Shown in pieces: positions 49,892 to 60,670 of a stretch of 64,000 nucleotides of DNA. How positions within the stretch are numbered: the stretch's first letter is position 1; each line of letters begins with the position of its first letter. Source of the DNA: Macrostomum lignano (Eukaryota); the NCBI GenBank assembly GCA_002269645.1, contig NIVC01000099.1, positions 248,001-312,000 of the forward strand, read 5' to 3'. Position numbers and translations under genes: made by a program. The notes under the pieces were generated by a model, which did no database searches, had not been told where the DNA came from, and saw nothing but the letters and a program-made list of their open reading frames with translations.

Positions 49892-50657
49892 CCTTAAAAG
49901 GGCCGTTTTAGTCCCAAAAATAAGTTGGAGTCAACTCAGGCGCAGTGGATGGTGTAGCGGAGCACTTGGCAATAAGGGCAGGAAACTGCCGTAGTCGTTT
50001 TTATTATCAATATAAACAGTAAGTTTGGTCGTTACTGGCAAATAACAAACTTTGGTTTTCTGGGCACTGGCGGCTGCAACAATGGTTTCTTTGAAGATAA
50101 ATCGGATGAGAGTTCAAGCGACAGACGAGTGATGTAATGGCGACGTGACGTGAGCAGTGGCTATGAGTACAGTGAAGGCAGTGAAACGTAGTGGCGAGTT
50201 TGGCGTCGGTCGTGGCGTGAAACAGTCAAGTAAGTGTGTGAGCAGGCTGGCCCAAACAGAGGGGCCGTGGCGAGAAATAGGGAGGCTCTAGGCAGCCAGA
50301 CAAACAGATGAGACAGCCAGGGAAGGAGAGAAGAAACGGGACAGGAGAGACGAAAAGGGGGTGAGGGGTGCCCGCCGCCAGGCGGGGGGGTTTAATAAAA
50401 GAGCGCAGAGGGGGGTAGCGCGAGCACGAGTGATTTCATTGGCTGGCGAGAGAACTTAAAATTATCGATCGTGCCAATTTTATACGGTCGCGAGAGAGGG
50501 TAGCCAAAATATACAGTGAGTTAGAAATTGCCACAAAATCGTTGGGCATTACTACAAGTAAACGTCGCAATAAACGAATGGAAAAGTTTAGTTGAAGCGG
50601 TGAAACTGAAGGGTTGAATGACTATGGAAAACCAGCAGTCCAACGGCCCTTTTCGGG
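49892..50657. mobile_element. Possible non-autonomous TIR element (EnSpm/CACTA-like CC termini)
   Basis: Imperfect 16-bp TIR CC(TT/CG)AAAAGGGCCGTT; possible 2-bp TSD AC. Confidence 0.4.
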
Positions 50658-51235
50658 ACCACCTTAAACTGACAACGTCACAAATTGCTACCTGGATACA
50701 TATTTTAAAATAACAATTCGCATGTAATGTGACGTCTGTGTGTACTTGAAAATGATATTAATTTTACATGCAGCTATATGCATATGCTGCATACTCTATA
50801 TCTTACTAGCTATATATGCACAATGCAGCTACATGTACAAATAATTTATCGACCATTATTAACAGAGCTCCATGGTATAATTTGAATCGGTCCAGCTATA
50901 GGTACACGGTAAAAATAGCTATCAATGCTTGCATGTAAAAATACTCGAGAATTTTGAGTTGCTGCATGGTAACCGATGCGTTGCAGGTGATCTTTTACAA
51001 GCAAGCAAATTGTACAAATTTTATTAATAATGTGCATCATTGCAAGTACATTCAGTGTAAGCCCCGTCAAGTAATACTTAAAACTCTCATTTTCAGTGCA
51101 TGTTCTGTTTATGTTATCTACAGTTTAGTATTTTAACTGCGTGTAAAATTACACGCTACCTGAAGCATGGCTACCATGAATTTATTACTATCCATCTTCT
51201 GAAAGATACTAAAATTAATTAACAATAACATATAA

Positions 51236-51425
51236 TTGATTACACCTGCCCGCAAGGGGGAGATGTGCAACCAACAACAGCTCCAGCCCGCGGCAGCTAT
51301 ATATTTGGCGCGACGCATCTGAAGGCAAAAATAATTTTTTCCGAGTGTGTCGAGTATCGAACCCCAGCCTTTTATAGTCGTGAAACCGACGCTCTTACTA
51401 CTAGTAAGCTACCACCCATTTAGTT
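51236..51425 (-). mobile_element. tRNA-derived SINE fragment
   Basis: Minus strand GGGTGGTAGCTTACTAGTAGTAAGAGCG (A-box-like) ... GGGGTTCGATACTC (B-box); broken anticodon stem; 3' end GGGCAGGTGTAATC shared with the 60335-60560 copy. Confidence 0.6.
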
Positions 51426-52466
51426 GTAGGGGGAAAAAATTAAAACTACTGCTAATCTTAGGACAATACTTGCATGGATGCCACGTACATGTAAAAGTAC
51501 CTATCAATAAATTAAGAAGGGTTCTAGACCGGAATAGATCAGAGTTCAAAAATATACATATAGACTACTAGATGGGAGCACAAGAATTGCCCGCAGACCA
51601 ATTGCCCGCTGAGATTTGCCCGCAGTGCATTTTGCCCGAGAGAGCAGGTAATGTCAGCTAAAACATTTCGTTAGCCAAGCTCCAGCTAAATAAAATCTGT
51701 TAGGCGGCTTTAGGCCTAATTTCGGAATACATCTTTTTCAACTTTAGCAAAGCTAATTTTTTAGAATAAAAAGTTAATTAATATCATTACCATACAGCAC
51801 TTAAAACAGACGTGAAGTTAGCCCGTATTTCCGGATTCATATAACCTAGTCCTAATCTAACCCGACCCTTTAATCCTGTACGGCTGTACCCTTGACAGCC
51901 ATCACCAAAACTGAAACTAAATAGAAAAACTAAAAAGCTAAAGGAAACTAAATGGAAACTAAGCTAACAAGCTAAGGATAAGCATGCGTTGCGGCAGCTT
52001 CCGACTCATGGCGGAGTTTCTTGGAAAGTTGGCTATTGAGCTAGGTGTTGCGCGTAAATTGTGATTATATGCAGCGCAGCTTGCATGAGTGACTGGCATG
52101 TTGTAATTCCTAAGCTTAAAACATTGCTTATTTTCTCTAATCAGGTGAAAGCCTAATTAGATACATTAATATTTAGACCCTGGCCTGGGGCCTGGGAGCA
52201 AATCAATAGGCCTATCATGACTAGGCCTAGCCTAGGGGCTTGTACCTATAGGAATTATTTAGGCCTAATTTATTTCTACGACCTAAGACTAAGTCATCAA
52301 TTCAAATATAATTCTTTTTACAATATATGCGCCTACCCTTATTGTATTCACTAAGACTAAGGCATATCATGATATCTCAATTCTAAAAATAGACTTAAGC
52401 CTAAAGCATAAGGTAAAGCTGATATTAAATATTAAAGAAAGTGTAGGCTTAAAGTTTATATGGCTA

Positions 52467-53774
52467 CGAGGGTCACTCCGAAAGTTTTTGCATTCAACCA
52501 CTTCCCCACAAGCCAGCGCCGTAAAATTGCACCAAACCTTAATTCCAGAAGTTTTCAACTTGCATATAAAAATTCAAGTGCCCAGCTTTAAGAGAAGCAA
52601 TGCAATCTGCAATTGAAATTCAGTTTTCAGCCGCCTGCCAGCCATGGCCGCCGAACTGTCGAGGCGCAACATCCGCGCCATAATTTTCTACAACTTCAAG
52701 CGCGGCCTCACGACACAGCAATGCCACGAGGAGATGCAGGCAGCTCTGGGAGATTCTGCGCCTTCGATCTGCACCATCCAGAACTGGTACTGCGACCTTC
52801 GGGCTGGACGGTGCAGCCTGGACGACGACAACCGAGAAGGACATCCTGCGACAGCAACGACTGGAGAAAACGTTGAGCTGGCACGCAGCCTGATCAAAGA
52901 GGATCGGCGTATGACCCACGTGCAATTGGAGCAGCAGCTGGGCATTGGATCCGGGCAAGTGCAGAAGATTTTGCACAAACACCTTGGCGTACGGCGACTG
53001 TGCGCTCGTTGGGTGCCGCATTTGCTGACGCAGCAGCAGAAGGATGAACACGTGCGGTGGTGCCGCCAGATGCTTGCTGACTTCCAGGACGGCGCTGCAC
53101 GTGGTGTTTTCGATGTCGTGACGGGCGACGAAACCTGGGTGTTCCAGCACAACCCTGAGATGAAGCGCCAGTCGTTGGTGTGGTGCTTCTTTGGCGAGGA
53201 GTCACCAACGAAGGTTCGCTGCTCCAGGAGCGTTGGCAAAGCCATGGCTGCCAGCTTCTTCGGCAGATCAGGCCACGTGGCGACTGTGGTGCTGGACGGG
53301 CAGCGAACAGTGACGGCAGAGTGGTACCTCACAGTCTGCCTGCCGTAGGTGCTGCAGGCGTGGCAGGAGCGGCGTCCCAAACGTGGAATCCGCGGCCTTC
53401 CCCTGCACCACAACAACGCGAGTTTGCACACGGCGCAGCGAACCATCACGTTCTTGGCCGAAAATCATGTTTCCGTGGTCGGACACCCGCCCTACTTGCC
53501 TGACCTGGCTCCGTGTGATTTTTTTCTGTTTCCGAAGGTGAAGGCCGGGCTTCGTGGACAGAGATTTCCCATGGTTGAGGACGCGATTTGTGCGTACAGG
53601 GACGGTGTGGATGCACTGACAAAACAAAACTGGGCTGCAGCCTTTGAGCAGTGGTTTGAGCGAATGCGAAAGTGTGTGTGCGCGCAGGGCAACTATTTTG
53701 AACAGATGTGAGGGGGTTGAGCTCTGGCAAAAGCTGAAAGTGGTCGAACGCAAAAACTTTCGGAGTGACCCTCG
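52467..53774 (+). mobile_element. Near-intact mariner (1308 bp), transposase 52644-53711 with one in-frame TAG
   Basis: Perfect TA-flanked TIR CGAGGGTCACTCCGAAAGTTTTTGC; WVPHLLT, VTGDETW, HHNNA-x34-D (APCDFFLF); stop at 53346-53348. Confidence 0.96.
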
Positions 53775-55309
53775 TACAGCTATAGGCTAGGCCTAGGGCT
53801 TACATATATCAGGCTAGGCCTATGCCCTAATAATAAGCATAGCCTAGGTAGGCAGGGGTGGGCCAAGCCCTAGGCCTACTCAGTTTTTTTGTACAGTTAA
53901 GGCAATAAACTATAAGTCTAAGATATAGGCCTAGTTTTTTGGGAAATTCTTACATGAAGGCAATAGGGCTAGGGCCTAGGAATAGGCCTTTAGGAATTAT
54001 TGCAATACATATACTAATAGGGGGGCCTATATAGATATGATCTTATCTTCTATATATACAATATAAAAGGCAAATAGTTAAGTAATTTTACTATGCATTA
54101 ACTTTTAAATTAGGCCTTGAGGCTTTATTCTTCAAGTCATTAGCCTTATTTGTTTATATTAGGCCTTCTAGTCTCTTTAGGCCCTCTATCATTATTAGAT
54201 GATAACCATTTCCTCAACTGGCATTTTGTTAGCTTGGTTAATAAAGTGACCAAAAACAAAATATTTAGAGTAGCTTTATTGGTAGTTGCAAAGTTACAAA
54301 GTTAGTATAACAGTTTTTATTCCTGCTATCTTCTGCTCACAAGTCAGAAAGACTTTCGAACACACCTGGCCTCTGAGGGCCCTCTTATGAGTGTAAGGCT
54401 CACATCTCCGAATCTCTCTGTGCCGCAAATTCTTCAAGACAGTGTATTTTATAGTCAAGCAAGCAAACTGGTTTAGTTGACAAAATGAAGAGGCTAAGAG
54501 CAATACATAGTTAAGCAAGGAAGGGTTATTGCTCGAGCAATTTTCTCTATCCCATTGTTAGGCAACCATATCACCCCCCAAAGCATTATTGCAAGTTGTA
54601 TTCGCATTTGTAGGCTGCTGGCTTGGCCTTCAAACCTCAGCTTTGTTATCTGCCCTTTAGTGTAGAGCTAGGCTAGTCTGGCTCAATAGAACTAGTCAAG
54701 ATAAGAGGAAGCTATTGTTTTTTTGCTTCCATGTAAGTACAATTCCACTGCTTACAGTTAGTTACAAAAGTGACTAATGACTGAAGTAAAAAAGGCCTAA
54801 TAAAATTTTCATTATATGAATAATATATATTTAAAACTATGTAGGCTTCCTAATTATTATTGCTTATAATTGTTATTGATATTGCTTTATAATTATTATT
54901 TTTATTTAAAATGGTCAAATATACTATTATGTTCTACTATAAAGATTTCTGTTTCACAGAAAGGATTTTGATGGATTTCTGTTTGATAGAAAGGATTTCA
55001 ATGGTTTTTTAGTTTCACTGAAAGGACTTCAATGGTTGTCAGCTTCACGGAGAGGATTTCTATTTTGCAAAGAGGATTTGATAGAGTCCTGTTTCATTGC
55101 AACAATTTTAATAGATTTCTGTCTCATAAAAAAATTTTGATGAATGTCTATTTGATAGAGAGGATTTTGATTGAGTTCTGTTTCAATGAAGAGACTTTTG
55201 ATGGAGTTTTGTTCAACAGAGAGAACTTTGAAGTATTTTTGTTTCACATAGAGGATATTAATAGAGTCCTGTTTCATGAAAAGGATTTCAATGGATTTAG
55301 CCCCTTCTG

Positions 55310-56400
55310 TCAGTCAGAGAAGAGAGAAAAGAGAAGAAAGATTAGAGATGACAGATAGGAGAGAAGAGGGGAGTAAGATAGGAATGAAGAGGGATAGAGA
55401 AGAGAAGAAAGGAGATAAGAGGGGAGATATGAGATAGCAGAGGGAGACAGGAAAGATGAGATAAAAAAGAGAGGAGGGATAAGAGCATACAGAGAAAATA
55501 AAAGAGAGAAGAAAGTAGAAGAGAAAGAAAAAGAGTAGAGATAAAAGATAAGAGAGAAGAGAGGAGAAAAGAAGGGAGAAAAGAGACAGGAGATTGAGAG
55601 TAAAGATGAAAGACAAGGAAGAAAAAAGGGAGTAGAAATGAGAGAGTTAAGAGAAGAAAGTAGTGAGGAGAAAGAAGAGGTAAAGATGAGAGTGCAAAGA
55701 AGAAAGATGAAAGATGTGATGAGAAAAGAGATTAGTGAGAAAATAAGAGTGAGAATAGATTAAAGATTAGAGAAGAGAGGGGAGAAAATATGAGGAGAAA
55801 GGAGAAGAGAAAAGAAAGAATTGAGAGGAGAGAAAAGAGAAAAGAGGAGACCAGAGATGGTAGAAAGGAGGGAAGAAAGATGGTAGATAAGAAAGGAGAG
55901 GGTGAGAGTGTATAGGAGATATGTGAAATGAGAGAAGAGAGGAGAGAGAAAAGAGAGAGGGTAGAGGAGAGACAATAGATAAGTGAGTAAAGATGAGATA
56001 TGAGAGAGGAGAGAAAAGGGGAGAGTTAGGAGAGAAGAGAGGAGACAGGAGACAGGGAGGGTACAGACAAAAGACAAGGGAGAAGAGATAAATAAGGGAG
56101 TACAGATAAGAGAAGAAAAATTATGAGCAAGAGAAATAAGAATAGAAGGGAGAGAGAGAAGCAAGAGAAAGGAGAGAGGAGAGATAAAAGATCAGAGATA
56201 AGAGAAATGAAAGTGTAGAGAAGAGAAATTTGTAAGGAGAAAAAAAGGGGGTAAAAATAAGAGCACAGTGCACAAAGATGAGAGATAAGAAATGATAGAT
56301 ATGACAATAGAAATGAGAGTGGAAAGATAAGAGAAAAGAGAAAAGAGAGCAAAGAGGAAAGAGTATAGATGAAAGACTAGAGATGAAACAGTAAAGAGGA
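55310..56400 (+). repeat. Degenerate (GA)-rich polypurine tract, ~1.1 kb
   Basis: Read directly. Confidence 0.95.
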
Positions 56401-57284
56401 GCAAAGAAACAGAATAGTCTGAGTCTGAACAATGGCAGTCAGTTTTTGCAAAAATTTTATTTGAAAGGCTTTATAGAGGATTTGGTTTGGAGGTGATTTA
56501 GAAGATAAGATTTAAATCATGGAATTTCAGGTGATGGATTTTAGGGAATCGAATTTTGGTGATGGGATTTCTTACCCTTTCTCCTCTGAAGGAGGAGTTC
56601 CACTTGTGTATTATATTAGTTGTAATCTATAAGTTTTTAACTATGATATATTTTGCCAAGTATCTTTGTTTTACTCTAGCTACCTATTTCTAAATATGTT
56701 TTATTTCAATTTATAACTATATCTAAGCAAATCTACAGAATGTAACTGCAATTACTATATTTCTATATTCATAGCCATAAGAGTAGCAATCTACTATAGG
56801 TGTATCCATAGCTGCTATAGGGGTCTATTTTACCATATTTGCCATATGATCCTATAGCTGTAGCTGTAGCTATGACAGAACACTATTCACTATTTAGCAT
56901 TCTAAACTTTACCATTATCACTATAGTTGCATAGGTAAAAAATTCCAATGCAAAATGTTCTATTTAAATGTGTCATTTATACACTATACTCAACTCAAAT
57001 CTTAACTTAAATGTATATATGCCTTATGAGTATTGCACATTTATACATTATGTAACCATACATGCATCTAGATAGGTCATTTATTCCATCCAATATTATC
57101 AAATTTGTAGTGGCCTAACTTTGTAACTGAATATAAGCTTTAAATCTCATAAATTCAAGAGACTGGCTAAGCAGAAAGATAAAAAGGAGAATGTGAGTAA
57201 GCATAACTAGTCACTTTAATCATTTCATAAGGGTTTAGTTTCAGTTTTTGTAGCAGTATGGGGTATTTTATTAGTAGTTGACAG

Positions 57285-57585
57285 TGATCAAAGTTAGAGA
57301 ACTCCCTATTGGCCAGTTGACAAAATGACTTGAAGGTTAGAGAACTCCCCATTGGCCAGTTGACAAAGTGACCAAGGTTAGAGAACTCCCCATTGGCCAG
57401 TTGACAAAATGACCAAGGTTAGAGAACTCCCCATTGGCCAGTTAACAAAATGACCAAGGTTAGAGAACTCCCCATTGGCCAGTTGACAAAATGACCAAGG
57501 TTAGAGAACTCCCCATTGGCCAGTTAACAAAATGACCAAGGTTAGAGAACTCCTCATTGGCTAGTTGACAAAGTGACCAATGTGA
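57285..57585 (+). repeat. 41-bp tandem repeat, ~7 copies
   Basis: Unit GTTAGAGAACTCCCCATTGGCCAGTTGACAAAATGACCAAG. Confidence 0.94.
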
Positions 57586-60334
57586 AAACTAGGTTGATAA
57601 AATGACTAGTATTTAATTATTTACAATTGCTCTTTAAATGATTTTTATTATTATTAGACTAAGCCATAGTCATGAAAAGGCTTATTATATTTAAATATTT
57701 ATAAATATATATAAAAAGTTAAGATATTTATTATATTTATTATATTTATTATATTTATAGTTCTCAATATATGCTACCTTTAAAATAATTATCTTAGCCA
57801 CATAACTTAGATAGATCTAGGCCTAGTTTTGATTAAAAATGTAACTACTTAGTTTTATAATTGATTGAAATAGACAAATATCTAAAGTTCTCAATTTTTG
57901 CAATTTAGGCCTACCCTTGGTTTGCTATAATTTAAACTAGCTAGATTAATTTGGTTGGCTAGCAGTTATATGTGTATAACTATAATCATAAAATATAATC
58001 CATTAAAACCTTTGGATTTCCTGTTTCAGGATTTCTTAAAACCTGTGTCACAATCAAACAAAAACTTGTTAATAATTAGAATAGCAATAAATAAAAATTA
58101 GAGTAAATGTATATTAAATTAAAATTTAAGGCAAGCATTGATATCATTGGTTGGGGTTGCTAAAGAATGATAGGCAACATTTGTCTAAACTAAAAACTCA
58201 AACTCATAGCATAGGGCCTATGTCCTACTTTAATTTGTAGCTTAGGTATCTAAGTTTCTATAGTATAGACTCAAGCTAAGGTTAGATTACTAAAATATAT
58301 AATAGTTTTATTTAAATTTTATAGGCTTACCTATATTTTCCATTAATGGCATTAGGCAAATATCTTGGCACTTCTTAAATTCTTGCTTTTGGATACTATA
58401 TGAAATTGTAAAAAGGCAAAGAAGACTAGATGCTAGAAAAAACTACAAGTCTTGCTAGGCTAGATTTTTTGCTAGCACTATGATCTAAAATTGCATCTGA
58501 GGTCCAACTTCAAGATGCAATTTGGAAAGTTAGGATATTATAAGTTTTCAAATTTAGTATATCTGATAGCATTTCTATTGCATAAAAATATGCTAGTGCT
58601 AGGAAATTTGCTAGACTGTACAAAGATTTGGCACAATTGTGTCCAAGGTCTAATTTAAAAATGCAATTTTGATAGTCAGGATGCTGGAGCATTCCTATTT
58701 GCAGAAAAAAACAAACCTAGCCCTTAGGGCTAATTCTCCTATTAATAATATACTCACAATGGTACTTGTCATTTTGTCCCATAATCATATCTATAACACT
58801 TTGCCAACCTGGCCAATCTAGCTAATTGAAAAGGCTAACTATTTGCAAAGCTCAAAGTCAGTATCTTGCAAAAATGAAATTTTGAAAAAGACAAAGTTAA
58901 AATGCTAAAAAAAGTAACAGAAAAATATATATAATACAAATTATTGCTGTCTTTGGTTGCCTTCAGTGTGTGTCGTGTGCCTCTGCTGTCTTCATAGAAG
59001 GCAAAAGGCCTTTAATTTTAATGGATAGAATGGCAGCAAAGAGTTTGTGTTGCTCTGCGCATATATTTATATTTAAAAGATTGAGGGGCCTAGGGAGGTG
59101 CAAAAGGGTGGTGTGATAGACTTTGCTGACCTCCCTGGCTTAGCAAGCCAGCTAGCTTGGTGCACCCACCCCACCTCAGCTAGATAGGTTGGGGTTTTAA
59201 GTGCAGCTGCACTGGTACATGCTGGTTGCATACATTCTGGCTGCCACAGGACACTTTCAAAATTTATAAATTTCTAGATAATACCCAAACTATAGAGTTA
59301 TTAAAGGAGCTGCTGTTTTAAAAGACAAAAAGCCTATTTACAATTCTCATTGATTTTTAATTGCCAAAACAAGGTTGTATATTTTTTTGTTTTAATTAGA
59401 TAAAATTTGCTTAAAATCTATGCAAAAGAACTTAAAATTTGACTAACTATTAATACACATTACTTTTTAACCTCACCCTGAAACTTTAACAAAAGATCAA
59501 TAAAGATCTTTTCTATTGAATTCTAAATAAAGCTAATAGAACTGAATTTCCAAATTTCAATCTGTTAAAAAATCAAGAGACAAATACATTGCAACCAGGA
59601 TGTTATAACAGGGATGTTAGAAAAACAGTTGCAGCTGTTAGGAGCTAAAAAACCTTCAATTCCAAAACTACCTATCTATCTGATATAATTATTAAATGCA
59701 CTGTTATCTTTATATTCAAATTTATTAAGCCAAAATATCTTATAGATCAAATAAAATGTTTAAAAAAAGTTCAAAACTGCAATCAACCATTTTTCTAGTT
59801 AAAACTAAGATTCCAACTTCTTTTTCAATAGTGTGAAAATAAAACAATGAAGCATGTTAGTTTTTTCTCAAAAAAGGTTTTATCAACTACCTTTATTATC
59901 TATGTATTTTTTCTATGCCTGCCTTTGTGCTTCAAAATATGAAATAAAATAGTACTTTGTAATGTTACAAGCATCTTTAACTGGAATTTTCCATAGGCTT
60001 TAAATTTCTATATAAACATGTAATAATGTAAAAAAACAAATGGCCATAGTTACAAAATTTGTTGTAAATTGTTCTAGACACCATGTGTACTATAATTAAA
60101 TATTATAGATAGGTCAGTATGTTACATTTTCTATAAAAATATGTTTTCCTATGGCTTCATAATGGCATCCCATTAATGTGGCCATCCCCCAAAATAAAAT
60201 CTTAGCTTAAAATTTATCCAAGTGCCATGGCAGTGTGGGACTACATTGAAATGATAAAATGGACCTATTCCCCATATGAGGAATGATATATAAAGTGAAT
60301 GTTTTGTCAATCGTGTTTCTATTATGCATGTACA

Positions 60335-60560
60335 TATAATAATAATAATAATAATAGATTACACCTGCCCTAATGGGGCTTTGGGGGCACATCTGAAGGC
60401 TGCGTACGGCTGTTCAGTCCAGGGACTGGGGGTCGCCACACACCCTCAATTACCCCAGCTAATGCTGGCACCCATTTTACAGCTAGGTGAGTTAAGTGTT
60501 AAGTGTCTTGCTCAATGAGTCAATGACACATTGTTCCGAGTGGGTAGCCTGTAGCTCACA
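60335..60560 (-). mobile_element. SINE with CORE(MIR)-like domain and (ATT)n tail
   Basis: Plus strand CCCATTTTACAGCTAGGTGAGTTAAGTGTTAAGTGTCTTGCTCAA resembles the reverse-complement CORE motif; (AAT)n at 60335-60355. Confidence 0.55.
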
Positions 60561-60670
60561 AAATGTTTTACCCGATAAAGGTGGGAAGTCGGTATAGAAT
60601 GTATCGTGTCTCTTCATTACTTCAGACCCTATCGGCTGCATCGGCCTCAGTCCCCAAGCCAGCCAGCAGA

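Noticed and set aside
51345-51425. Functional tRNA gene
   Set aside because: Anticodon and acceptor stems do not pair; treated as a SINE head or pseudogene.
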